From: an uncultured Clostridia bacterium
GTDB taxonomy: Bacteria > Bacillota > Clostridia > Christensenellales > UBA1242
Direction: 5' to 3'
Length of the DNA: 62,594 nucleotides
Assembly (NCBI GenBank): GCA_937874195.1
Contig: CALNBM010000066.1
Span: 1-62,594 of the forward strand
Made by a program: the position numbers and the translations under genes. The notes below the pieces were generated by a model. It was given only the letters and a program-made list of their open reading frames with translations. It did no database searches and had not been told where the DNA came from. Shown in pieces: positions 42,069 through 53,436 of the stretch. Position 1 is the stretch's first letter. Each line of letters begins with the position of its first letter.

Positions 42069-42608
42069 TTAGTTGTTATTTTTTTCCACATTTAAACTTT
42101 TTTTATTCTTCTTTTCATTACTTTGCAAGGTATCCTTTTTTAAAAGATTTCGAATATCCTTTAAAATGTCCTCTGTTGTTTCAGGTGCAGGTGCTGGCGC
42201 AGGCACATCTTCGGGTGATGAAATAATACCCTTTTTAATTAATCTTTTAATTTCTTTTTCTGAAAACTCAGTTATTTTTTTTTGTGCTTTAAGGAATAGT
42301 CTTAGCGCAATAAATATAAATAGTGCGATAATTAAAAAATCCACAATATTTTGAATGAACTGTCCATATCTTATAGCGTTTTCAGTGACTGTTATAACAC
42401 CATCAGTTGTAACCGCAGGCCTAATCACCCATTTTAAATCGGCTATGTTTATTCCGCCAGTTGCCATACCAACCAGCGGAATAATTATATCATTGCCTAA
42501 ACTAGTTACAATTTTACCAAATGCACCACCAATCACAACTGCTATTGCTAAATCAATAATGTTTCCCCGAGTAATAAATTTTTTAAATTCTTTCCAAAAA
42601 TTTTTCAT
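42069..42608 (-). CDS. mscL: Large-conductance mechanosensitive channel
   Basis: MKNFWKEFKKFITRGNIIDLAIAVVIGGAFGKIV is the canonical MscL N-terminus. Extended Lys-rich C-terminal tail with a PAPAPAP linker. Confidence 0.88.
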   Translation of the reverse strand: MKNFWKEFKKFITRGNIIDLAIAVVIGGAFGKIVTSLGNDIIIPLVGMATGGINIADLKWVIRPAVTTDGVITVTENAIRYGQFIQNIVDFLIIALFIFIALRLFLKAQKKITEFSEKEIKRLIKKGIISSPEDVPAPAPAPETTEDILKDIRNLLKKDTLQSNEKKNKKSLNVEKNNN

Positions 42609-42785
42609 AACTTCCCTTTTTTAATTGTTAATTACAATCCCAACACAACTAATATTTTTTATATAGTTTATAAAACAACTAATTAAAAGTCAAATCGTTT
42701 ATTATTTTTTTCTTCGACAATTCTATATAAAACTCACTAAATATTGTATTAAATAAAATCTCACTATAAATAAAAGGAGTATGTA

Positions 42786-43481
42786 ATGAAAAGAAAATTG
42801 ATTATAAGTTTGTTGTTTTTATGTTTTTGTGTATGTGTTATAGGTGTGGGTGATAGCAAAGTTTATGCAAATGCTTTAATTGAACAAAAGATAGTTGTTA
42901 AAGGGGTGGGAGAAGTTTATATTAGTCCCGATATGGCAACAATTTCAGTTGGTGTTGAAACGTTAAATATGGATGTTGTGAAAGCAGAAAATGAAAACTC
43001 TTTGATTGTGAACAATTTGATTAGCGTTTTAATTTATAATAACATTGAAAAGAAAAATATAAAAACCTCAAATTATAGTATATATAAAAAGCAAGACTAT
43101 TTAACGCAAAGTGTTTTAGGCTATCAAGTAACAAATAATATGGATATAACAATTTATGATTTGCAAAGCGCTGGTAATTTAATCTCAGAGCTTACTAAAA
43201 ATGGTGCAAATGTGCTTAGAGGCGTTTCTTTTTCCATTAAAAATAAAGAAGATGCAGAAGCAGAAGCGTTCAAACTAGCGTTAAATTCGGCAAAATCCAA
43301 AGCATTGATTTTAGGCGGAGAAAACTTTGTTGTGTCAAAAATAGTGGAAGATGGAATATATAATTCATTTCCAGTTAGAAGCGATACTGCGTTTTTAATG
43401 TCTGCTTCAAATGAAGGGAATGTTCTTGCGGGGGAATGTGTGGTGCGGGTAAATTTAACGGTAGAATTTAATAAAATATAA
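42786..43481 (+). CDS. SIMPL (DUF541) domain secreted protein
   Basis: Signal peptide, then GVGEVYISPDMATISVGVET..., typical of SIMPL proteins. Confidence 0.75.
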   Translation: MKRKLIISLLFLCFCVCVIGVGDSKVYANALIEQKIVVKGVGEVYISPDMATISVGVETLNMDVVKAENENSLIVNNLISVLIYNNIEKKNIKTSNYSIYKKQDYLTQSVLGYQVTNNMDITIYDLQSAGNLISELTKNGANVLRGVSFSIKNKEDAEAEAFKLALNSAKSKALILGGENFVVSKIVEDGIYNSFPVRSDTAFLMSASNEGNVLAGECVVRVNLTVEFNKI

Positions 43482-43990
43482 GTTATGTTAAAAAGATAAG
43501 TAAAATGTAATATAATTTTTTTTAAAAATTATTTTGAAATGCTTGCTATTTAAAGAATAATAAGTTAATAAAACTTTATACTTGAAAGTTTTTTTAAAAA
43601 AAATATTTGCTGGATTTTTTAATTCAAAGCAAAAGCAAGTTTGAATACGAACAAAATGAGTTTAATAAATTATTTAATATTATTTGTTATTATTTTCTTT
43701 GCCCCATGTAAAACAAAAAAAACTAAGTTAGTGGCTTTTAAAGAAAGCATGATTAAACGAAGAAAAAATTATAAAGTAAAAACTGGTATTTAATTGGTTT
43801 ATAAATATAATACAATAAACTAAAAATTTTTTTTGAATAAAAAATATTAATTGTAAAATACCCTAAAAACTATGATTTTAATTGTAAAATTATAATATTT
43901 TGTTTTTTAAAATTGTTGGGGTATGTTACAATCGTAAGCGAATAATTAACGAAAGGTTGATATTTCTTACATTAACCTTTCTCTAAGTAA

Positions 43991-45328
<1,338 letters not shown>

Positions 45329-45441
45329 TTATGTTTTTCACCAAATAAAAAATTTTTAAAACTTAAATTATATTTGTTGACAATGTTATTTTTATCATCT
45401 ATACTTTTTCGGTATTTAGCAAAAAGGAGAAATAACAATCT

Positions 45442-45996
45442 ATGAGTAAAGACAAACCAAAATATGTGAAATGTCCGAGATGTGAATTAAATTATATCTT
45501 GAAAAGAAACAAGTTTTGTGAAGTTTGTAAAGCCGAAATGAAAGCAGGCGCAATAGATGAAATGAGTGATGAATTGTTAGAAGATGCAATTCTATGTCCA
45601 ACATGTAAGTCGAATTATTTAGCAGACGGTGAAATTATGTGCGCTTCATGTGTGGAAGAAAATTTAGAAATCGATCACGAAGATGCCGATGTTGACTGGA
45701 AAAATTTTGTGGAAAAAGAGGAAAGTGAAGATTCTTATGATGATTTATTGCCAACTGATTCCGATGATGATGACGACGAAGTTGATGAAGAGTTGGATAG
45801 TAAATTTGCAGAAGACTTAGACGATGATTTAGAAGACGATTTAGATGACGAAATTGATAATGATGATGATTTAATTGATGAAGAAATAGACGATTTAGAT
45901 GAAGATTTTTTAGATATTGATTATTCTCATGATGACGAAGATGATGACGATGAAGAAATTATTGACGAAGAATTTGAAGACGATGACGAAGATTAA
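45442..45996 (+). CDS. Double zinc-ribbon protein with a ~110-aa poly-acidic tail
   Basis: CPRCELNY...CEVC and CPTCKSNY...CASC, then an almost pure D/E tail (DDDDDEVDEELD...EDDDED). Confidence 0.6.
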   Translation: MSKDKPKYVKCPRCELNYILKRNKFCEVCKAEMKAGAIDEMSDELLEDAILCPTCKSNYLADGEIMCASCVEENLEIDHEDADVDWKNFVEKEESEDSYDDLLPTDSDDDDDEVDEELDSKFAEDLDDDLEDDLDDEIDNDDDLIDEEIDDLDEDFLDIDYSHDDEDDDDEEIIDEEFEDDDED

Positions 45997-46079
45997 ATAA
46001 GTATAATTTATGTATTAAATAAAAAATCAAAACAAATTAATTATACAATAAAAAAAATATTATCTTATGGACTAACAAC

Positions 46080-46117
46080 AAAAAAAGTGATACTATCTTT
46101 TAAGTATCACTTTTTTT
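46080..46117 (+). terminator. Intrinsic terminator; also a copy of the AGTGATACT hairpin repeat family
   Basis: AGTGATACT / AGTATCACT perfect 9-bp stem (46086-46094 / 46103-46111) followed by T7. Same core as the three tandem units at 54389-54702. Confidence 0.75.
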
Positions 46118-46636
46118 AGCTTGTATATCTACTTTGATATGATATATAAACTAATAACTGCAAGCAGTAGATTTAATTTTTAAGTCATCACAAAATTGTT
46201 TTAAAATTATTTGAAATTTAAAACATTACAAAAAGCCATTTTTAAAATCTTATAACGATTTTAAATAATTTTATAATTTGTTCTTATCCGCTAAGTAAAA
46301 ATATAAAAAGGAAGCAACCGCAAACAGCCTTATATTTCTCTTTTTTTATTGCTAAACCTTAAAGCCAAAATGCAAAATCGACTTGTTAAAAATCATCCAA
46401 AGTTTACAACTATTTAAGACGGTATTGTTGAATTTGCAAAAACCAGTGGCTTATATAAGACATATCCTAGATTACATAACTCTTTTAGACCTAGTTCTAA
46501 TGCCCTACCTTTTTCTTAAAGTAGAACAAAATAATTAATCGCAAGTAAAATTAAAGTGATTTTTATTTTTATATTTTATTGCAACTTTAATTATAATGTG
46601 CTATACTTTTTAACGGTTTTAAATTTAGGAGAGAAT

Positions 46637-47194
46637 ATGACAATATCAGATTTAAGAATTGGTAGCACTTTTGAAATGGATGGAAAACTATATGTTGTTG
46701 TAGAATATCAACATGTGTCACGCCCTCGGTTAGCTGCGCTTGTTAAAACTAAAATAAAAAATGTGGAAACAGGTCAAGTGCTGGAAAAAAACTTCTCGCC
46801 TAGTGATTCTGTTGGTCAAGTTCAGCTCCAAAGAAAGGATATGCAGTTTTCGTATGAAGACGGCGGACTTTATTATTTTATGGATGTTGAATCTTATGAT
46901 ATCATACCTGTTGACGCAGCCTTAGTTTCGGATGTTATGAAATATATTAAGGACGAAACTGTTGTTTCGGTAAACTATGCAAACGGAAAAATAATTTCTA
47001 TTACCCCTCCATTATTTGTTGAACTACAAATAGTGGAAAGTGAACCTGCGGTTGCAGGCGACACATCCCGAACAGCCTACAAGCCTGCAAAACTAGAAAC
47101 CGGCTTGGTTGTTAGGGTTCCTTTGTTTGTTAATAGCGACGATAAAATTAAGATAGACACACGCACAGGCGAATATGTTGAACGCGTTAAGTGA
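46637..47194 (+). CDS. efp: Translation elongation factor P
   Basis: ATG 46637 after GGAGAG (the ORF track opens at GTG 46556). MTISDLRIGSTFEMDGKLYVVVEYQHV..., 185 aa. Promoter TTGCAA-N17-TATACT upstream. Confidence 0.9.
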   Translation: MTISDLRIGSTFEMDGKLYVVVEYQHVSRPRLAALVKTKIKNVETGQVLEKNFSPSDSVGQVQLQRKDMQFSYEDGGLYYFMDVESYDIIPVDAALVSDVMKYIKDETVVSVNYANGKIISITPPLFVELQIVESEPAVAGDTSRTAYKPAKLETGLVVRVPLFVNSDDKIKIDTRTGEYVERVK

Positions 47195-47218
47195 GCCATA
47201 ATTTTTAAATAAGCAAAA

Positions 47219-47377
47219 AAAATTTCTTACAAATAGAGTGAAAAGCTTTTTTACTAATCCCTTGCAAAAAAATTGGCTTAAATAAAAAAACCTCTTACAA
47301 ATACAGTGAAAAGCAAATTTCTTACAAGTGAAATTTCCTTGCTGAATTACTTTAAGTGTAGAGGTTTTTTATTTTTT
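47219..47377. repeat. Direct repeats TCTTACAA(ATASA)GTGAAA x3 inside a long terminator-like stem
   Basis: Copies at 47225-47246, 47293-47314 and 47320-47333 (short). Outer stem AAAAAACCTCT (47285-47295) / AGAGGTTTTTT (47360-47370). Inner hairpin AAATTTC/GAAATTT. Confidence 0.6.
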
Positions 47378-47447
47378 TCTATATTATATTGATTTTTATT
47401 ATATTGTTGTTATTTAATTTATAGTTAATAAATTTATCGTACTGCCA

Positions 47448-49913
47448 TTAACTATTTATCGTTAAGTTACAAATATATAATTCTTCTGCTATATCACTGC
47501 CATAAAATTTTTTTAGAAGAATTTCGTTTGAAAATTCAATCACTATGTCATCTGCCAAGTTTAACGATGTGACATAATTATTAATTTTTTGCTGAACCCC
47601 ACTTCCTGCAACACCTTCCAACATTTGTACATTTATATATAACTTAGAAGAATAACCTTCCAAAATGCCTGGGGTAATTAATTCTATTGCTTTCATGTAA
47701 GAAATAAGGTTTGCTAGTTCTCCCGCTTCATCAATTAACGAGTCAAACGACATATAAAAAATAATTCCATAATGTTCATCTTCATTTCCGCTGGTGTCAA
47801 ATTGATAAAATCCCTCACCGTAACTACAAACAGTGTCTAGCATTTGAATAGGATATTTTTGATTCTTTATAACTTTTAATAATGTACTTTTGATTGTTTC
47901 AGAATATAAAATTCCACCGCCATCGTTAATAAATAATTCAGTGACATATTTTTTAGTGAAAATCACATTGGCAGAAGCATCTTTATTAATTAAAAAATAT
48001 CGCATTAAGTTATAAAGTTCACTATCGCTTTCGATAACAAAATCTTCTGTTATAGTAACTCCATATTCGTTTTTATAACTTACAATTCTTTTAGCATAAT
48101 GGTTATAGTTATCAAGTGCGGTGGCATAATGCGAAAACTTTGGTCTATAAATGTATGCTTTATGAATTAAGGATGCTCTATCGGCAAGTAAAAAATATTT
48201 GTGTGTTAAATATTCTTTTCCATTCGGTCCATCGCCCGGATTTGTTATTTGTGCTTTGATTTCTGTCCAAGTGATATCCACAAGATAAAAATTGCCGTCA
48301 ACCTTAACTTTATTCCATGCGTGAGCACCCCCCGCCATGCCCGTTATTCTAATACATTCTATTCCTTCCATATTGCAAAGAAGCGAGTAAGCTTTGCTAA
48401 ACCCATCACATACTGCCACACCCTTAATAAAAACACCTTCTAAATAATAAGCAGGACTTAATGTTATATAAATTGGATTTGCTAAATCTTTTGTGTCCGT
48501 ATATATTTTTTCAATGTCTGCATTATCATAGGCTGTGTGCACTGTTATCCAATCAAATATGCTAAGTGCTTTTTCATATTCGCTCATGCTTGGATGAATA
48601 ATTTCTCTAAGCACATTTTTTGCTATATTATAAATCGATTCTGCTCTACTTCCTGCTACAACTAGTGGTGATACTCTGTTTTCCACTGCCCAATAAAGTT
48701 GCTCACTTGTGGCAACTTCCTGAGTTATAAAATAATCATCCGAAACAAATTCATCATAAGTTGGTAATCTTCGCCCGCCTTCGTTAGCAAAATTTTCATA
48801 ATATGGAAATTCTACCGCATTTTGTTCATAAGGCAAATTACTCAGTGCAAGATAATCTATATTAATATCGCATTCTTCCACTCCAAAAAAGTTGATAGCT
48901 ATTTGGTAATCATATTGTCCTGTCATTTTTTTGCCAAAAACATTATATCCACTTACCGAATTAGATTGACAGGTTTCAAAAAACGGACCCGTTCTGCTTT
49001 GAATCTCAAAACAACTATCAATTTTTTCTAAAATATTTTCTTGTATACTTTCATTAGACAGTGTGGCTACTCCAATATCCTGTAAAAAGGCTTCAGCAAA
49101 TCTAACATCATAAACTTCCAATCTATTTATGAAATTATAATATGCTATATTGTTTAATTCTTCCATACTTTGAATATAATGGTCGCCAACATATCCATCA
49201 AAAATATAAACTTGATTTGTATAATTCCCTTGTGATTCGGGGTTATAGAAATATCGAGTAGGGCTATCAACATAAAGCGCATTTTCCACTTCAAAATAAG
49301 CACCTACTGAAAACACAACAATTTCATCATTAGAAAGCGAGGCTATATCAAATAATACCTCGGTGGTTTGGTGAGTGGTAACACCGTTGAGCATCGTGTA
49401 AGCCACAACAACATAATTTGTTGCACCCGGGATTGCCGACCAAGTTACAGTTTCAGTGTTTAACACAATATTGTCGGGTGCTTTTATTTCGTCTTCGTAA
49501 ATAATGTTATATCCACTAGCTATTTCATTAATGTCACTATTTGTATAAACATAGGTTATAGAAATACTTGTAACACTGCTTTTAACACTAGGCTTGTTAG
49601 AAATGGCTTGAACTTTAAACCTATAATAGCCAAAGTCTACTAGATTATCTGTAAAATTATATACTTGCATAGTTTCGTTTGGCATGTTTTCAACAGTACC
49701 CACTATTCCATCGTTAATAAACACATTATATTTATCTGCTTTATCGATGGTATGCCAGTTTAAACTTTTATTTTCCCTATCTAATCCAATAACGGGAGTA
49801 TCCAATGTTTTAACAGTGAAATCAAAAAATGAAAAGTTGCAACCTACGAGCAAAAAACAAGACACAAGTAAGCCAATAATAACCGTTGAATACCTGAAAT
49901 TTCTTTTTAACAT
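47448..49913 (-). CDS. Lipoprotein with a transglutaminase-like cysteine protease core
   Basis: Lipobox LLVGC near the N-terminus. Cys-His-Asp core context GVAVCDGFSKAYSLLC...GGAHAWNKVKVDGNFYLVDITW. Confidence 0.75.
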   Translation of the reverse strand: MLKRNFRYSTVIIGLLVSCFLLVGCNFSFFDFTVKTLDTPVIGLDRENKSLNWHTIDKADKYNVFINDGIVGTVENMPNETMQVYNFTDNLVDFGYYRFKVQAISNKPSVKSSVTSISITYVYTNSDINEIASGYNIIYEDEIKAPDNIVLNTETVTWSAIPGATNYVVVAYTMLNGVTTHQTTEVLFDIASLSNDEIVVFSVGAYFEVENALYVDSPTRYFYNPESQGNYTNQVYIFDGYVGDHYIQSMEELNNIAYYNFINRLEVYDVRFAEAFLQDIGVATLSNESIQENILEKIDSCFEIQSRTGPFFETCQSNSVSGYNVFGKKMTGQYDYQIAINFFGVEECDINIDYLALSNLPYEQNAVEFPYYENFANEGGRRLPTYDEFVSDDYFITQEVATSEQLYWAVENRVSPLVVAGSRAESIYNIAKNVLREIIHPSMSEYEKALSIFDWITVHTAYDNADIEKIYTDTKDLANPIYITLSPAYYLEGVFIKGVAVCDGFSKAYSLLCNMEGIECIRITGMAGGAHAWNKVKVDGNFYLVDITWTEIKAQITNPGDGPNGKEYLTHKYFLLADRASLIHKAYIYRPKFSHYATALDNYNHYAKRIVSYKNEYGVTITEDFVIESDSELYNLMRYFLINKDASANVIFTKKYVTELFINDGGGILYSETIKSTLLKVIKNQKYPIQMLDTVCSYGEGFYQFDTSGNEDEHYGIIFYMSFDSLIDEAGELANLISYMKAIELITPGILEGYSSKLYINVQMLEGVAGSGVQQKINNYVTSLNLADDIVIEFSNEILLKKFYGSDIAEELYICNLTINS

Positions 49914-50091
49914 TATATCTCCTATTGTAAATTATTCTATTTTTTATAATTGTTTACTATTTTAAGTATATTATAAAATAATGTTTAAAACAACTTATTT
50001 GTAAAATAATGTTGTTTTTTATCTATAATTAGTATTTGCAAAATACTAACTAACTATTTGAATATTGATAAAAACATGATATAATTAGCCT

Positions 50092-50508
50092 ATGCAAAAT
50101 TTATTTAATTTAAATCCAATAAGTGAAAAAAAAGCAAGCATTATATCTTCCCAAACACTTGCTTTTGTCGGTGACGCTGTTCACTCGCTATTTATTAGGC
50201 AAAAGGTGGTGTTGTCAAATAAATTTAAAATTAAAGACCTACACCTTACTACCGTCCAATATGTGAAAGCTGGCGGCCAAAGTGAAGCCAGTGCAAAATT
50301 AATTGACGAATTTAATTTTCAAGAACTTGCAATCTATAAACGCGCGCGAAACTATAAAACAACAAATATTTCAAAAAATTCAAGTGTTGGCGACTACAAA
50401 AGAGCAACTGGATTTGAAGCAGTGTTGGGCTTTTTATATTTAAGCGGACAATTTGACAGGTTGCAATTTATTTTAAATAAATCTCTAGGAGAACACTATG
50501 ATAATTGA
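50092..50508 (+). CDS. mrnC: Mini-ribonuclease III
   Basis: 138 aa. LAFVGDAVHSLFIRQKVV...YKRARN pattern. Followed by rlmB as in Bacillus. Confidence 0.85.
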   Translation: MQNLFNLNPISEKKASIISSQTLAFVGDAVHSLFIRQKVVLSNKFKIKDLHLTTVQYVKAGGQSEASAKLIDEFNFQELAIYKRARNYKTTNISKNSSVGDYKRATGFEAVLGFLYLSGQFDRLQFILNKSLGEHYDN

Positions 50509-51235
50509 AGGCAAAAATGCCGTGATAGAAGCGCTTAATTCTAATGAGAATTTTACTATTGAAAAAATTTTAATTAGTTCAAGTATGAAAGGCGCCGATT
50601 TCAACACTATTTTTTTGCTTGCTAAAAAAAGGAATATACCCGTTCAAACTGTGCCTGCGGAAAGTTTAAGTGGGGAAGTTAAAAGTAAGCACCAAGGTGT
50701 TATTGCATATTGCACGACATTTATTTATTCGCAAGTTAGCGAAATTCTAGAAGTGGCAAAAGAAAAAAATGAAAGCCACTTTATTGTTATTTTAGATAGC
50801 ATTGAAGATCCGCATAACTTTGGCAGCATTATAAGAGTTTGTGAATGTTTAGGAGTTCATGGAATTATTTTTGGGAAGAACCGAGCATGCACTGTTAATG
50901 AAACAGTAATAAAAACCAGTGCAGGCGCAATTAGTCATGTAAAAATTGCAAAAGTGACAAACATAAACCATGAAATTGAAAATTTGAAAAATGCCAATAT
51001 CTGGGTGTATGCGTGCGAACTTGGTGGCACTCCGCTAGAAAAAGCCAACCTTAAAGGAAACATTGCAATAGTTATTGGTAGTGAAGGGCGAGGCGTTAGC
51101 GAACTTACTAAAAAAACATGCGACGGAGTTTTGACAATTAAAATGAAAGGAAAAATAAATTCACTTAACGCAAGCGTGGCAGCGGGAATTGTTCTGCACG
51201 AAGTGAGTAAACAAAGAATAGAGGTAAAAAATTGA
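50498..51235 (+). CDS. rlmB: TrmH/SpoU-family 23S rRNA 2'-O-methyltransferase (RlmB/YacO-like)
   Basis: 245 aa. IEGKNAVIEAL N-terminus, SPOUT motifs DSIEDPHNFGSIIR, IVIGSEGRGV, SLNASVAAGIVL. Confidence 0.85.
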   Translation: MIIEGKNAVIEALNSNENFTIEKILISSSMKGADFNTIFLLAKKRNIPVQTVPAESLSGEVKSKHQGVIAYCTTFIYSQVSEILEVAKEKNESHFIVILDSIEDPHNFGSIIRVCECLGVHGIIFGKNRACTVNETVIKTSAGAISHVKIAKVTNINHEIENLKNANIWVYACELGGTPLEKANLKGNIAIVIGSEGRGVSELTKKTCDGVLTIKMKGKINSLNASVAAGIVLHEVSKQRIEVKN

Positions 51236-51780
51236 TAGAATCACAAATCTTAACTCTCGCTAAGCAAAATCACCAACCATCAATAAATGCAATAATTAAG
51301 GACTGTGAGCCTTTAATTATTTCTATTATTAAAACCTTTGATAATATAAATTTTAATTATGATGAGGCGGTACAGGAAGGAAGATTAGCAGTGTTAAACG
51401 CTATCAATTTATTTGATGAAAGTAAAAGTGTTAGATTCACCACTTATGCTAGTAAAGCAATAAAAAACAAACTGTTAAATTATATAAAAAAATTACATAC
51501 CAATAAAACCGCTATGCTTATTGAAAATCTCAATGAACAAAGTGACCAAACAACACTCCCCTCTTCACCGGAAGACCATCTTATTAATTATGAAAAATTA
51601 GTGGAAAAGTTAGAAGATTTTAAGAAAAATTTAAGTGATTTAGAAACAAAAATATTATCATTAAAACTTGAAGGCTATTCTTATGTTGAGATAGCAACTG
51701 AACTTAAAAAAACAAACAAATCGGTGGACAACGCACTCACAAGAATAAAAACCAAAATTTTAAGACAGGAGAAAAAATAA
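51232..51780 (+). CDS. sigH: Sigma-70 family sigma factor, SigH-like by sequence and by position after rlmB
   Basis: 182 aa. Region 2 (EAVQEGRLAVLNAINLFDESKSVRFTTYASKAIKN) and region 4 HTH (SYVEIATELKKTNKSVDNALTRIK). TTG start overlapping rlmB. Confidence 0.6.
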   Translation: MIESQILTLAKQNHQPSINAIIKDCEPLIISIIKTFDNINFNYDEAVQEGRLAVLNAINLFDESKSVRFTTYASKAIKNKLLNYIKKLHTNKTAMLIENLNEQSDQTTLPSSPEDHLINYEKLVEKLEDFKKNLSDLETKILSLKLEGYSYVEIATELKKTNKSVDNALTRIKTKILRQEKK

Positions 51781-52925
51781 TGGCATACCAAGCACTATAT
51801 AGAAAATACAGACCTAAAAACTTTGCTGAAGTAATCGGGCAAGACCATATAACAAAAACATTAAGTAATCAAATAAAAAACAATCAAATTTCGCACGCAT
51901 ATCTTTTTTGTGGAACACGCGGAACAGGAAAAACCAGCATTGCGAAAATTTTTGCAAAAGCAGTAAACTGTGAAAAAAGTGTTGATGGAAGCCCTTGCAA
52001 CAAGTGTGATATATGTAAAAATTTATCAAATGCCAGCAATTTCAATGTTCAAGAAATTGATGCTGCTAGCAATAATGGGGTAGAATATGTCAGGGAACTG
52101 CGAGAAAATGTCAAATACACCCCAGTTGGTTGCAAATACAAGGTTTACATTGTCGATGAAGTGCACATGCTTTCTGAAAGTGCTTTTAATGCTCTTTTAA
52201 AAACCTTAGAAGAACCGCCAGCTTATGCAATTTTTATACTAGCTACCACCGAACCACATAAAATTCCTGAAACAATATTATCTAGATGTATGCGTTGTGA
52301 TTTTAAATTAGTGGAAATTCCTGCACTGGAATCGCTTTTAAAAAAGATATTTGCAGACAGTAAAATCACTTGTGATAGTATTGCTATTAATTTACTTGCT
52401 AAACTTGGAGAGGGTAGCGTTCGTGATACTCTATCACTTGCTGATATGTGCGCCGCATTTTCTAATAATGCTATCACATACGAAACCGTGATTCAATGTA
52501 GTGGCACAACAGATAAATCTACACTACATGAACTTGCTTTAAGTGTGGTTCAAAAAAATTCGAAAAAAATATTAGAAATTATCCACGATTTTTCAAAAGC
52601 GGGCAAAATAATTTCTAAATTAAATAAAGATTTGGTAGAATATTTAAGAGATGTGATTGTAATTCAAACAAGTGAAAACTATATGAAAATTCTGGTTTAT
52701 CCTGAAAACATTATAGATGGAATGGTAAAAATCTCAAAAATCGCCACACCTTCAAATATAATTCATTTACTTCAAAAATTATCATCATTAGAGCAGGAAT
52801 TTAGGTTTACCACAAACCAAAGAGCACTATTTGAAATCACATTACTGTCGCTACTAGAAGAAAGTTCACTGGAGTCTAGGGTGAGTGCGTTAGAAGAAAA
52901 ACTAAAAACTATGGTGCTTCCCTAA
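51780..52925 (+). CDS. dnaX: DNA polymerase III gamma/tau, N-terminal 381-aa (gamma-like) reading frame
   Basis: YRKYRPKNFAEVIGQDHI, Walker A GTRGTGKTS, zinc module CNKCDICK, DEVHMLS, SRC motif. Stop TAA at 52923-52925. Confidence 0.9.
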   Translation: MAYQALYRKYRPKNFAEVIGQDHITKTLSNQIKNNQISHAYLFCGTRGTGKTSIAKIFAKAVNCEKSVDGSPCNKCDICKNLSNASNFNVQEIDAASNNGVEYVRELRENVKYTPVGCKYKVYIVDEVHMLSESAFNALLKTLEEPPAYAIFILATTEPHKIPETILSRCMRCDFKLVEIPALESLLKKIFADSKITCDSIAINLLAKLGEGSVRDTLSLADMCAAFSNNAITYETVIQCSGTTDKSTLHELALSVVQKNSKKILEIIHDFSKAGKIISKLNKDLVEYLRDVIVIQTSENYMKILVYPENIIDGMVKISKIATPSNIIHLLQKLSSLEQEFRFTTNQRALFEITLLSLLEESSLESRVSALEEKLKTMVLP

Positions 52926-53436
52926 CAAATCTCGCGCACTATCTGCATTCACAAATAAACAAACCATTAGCATAAAAGATATTGAATTTGAGAATTATCA
53001 ATTTGACAAAAAAGAAGCAACAAAAGAAGTTATTAGTAAAAATATAAATGTAAATACAACAAACGATATTAAAAACACAGAGAAAGATATTCTTTCAAAT
53101 ATCTCACCTAAAAAGGTTCTTGGCAAAATACTAGCATCTCTTAGAAAATCATATCCTGTGCTTTATGCCACACTCTCACAGGTTTCTGACATAAAACTCC
53201 AAGATAGTGACATAGTGCTAGTGTTTAACGCTTTAACTCTTAAAGAGGAATGTGAAAAAAAAGAAAACATTGATAAACTTTATGAAACATTAAAAGAAAT
53301 GAATTTGCATTATCATATTGTTTGCAAAAGCGAAATTGTTAAAACTGATAACAATAATATAATTCAAGTATTAAAAGACGAATTTGGCGATTTGTTAGTA
53401 ATACAAAATAAAAATCAAGGAGAAGAAAATGTATAA
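52906..53436 (+). pseudogene. dnaX: tau-specific C-terminal part of dnaX in the +1 frame (frameshift, recoding or split gene)
   Basis: The +1 frame is open from 52906 to TAA at 53434-53436. It ends ...VLGKILASLRKSYPVLYATLSQVSDIKLQDSDIVLVFNALTLKEE...VLKDEFGDLLVIQ, the pattern of Firmicute DnaX C-termini. It overlaps the gamma-like frame by 20 nt. Confidence 0.65.
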
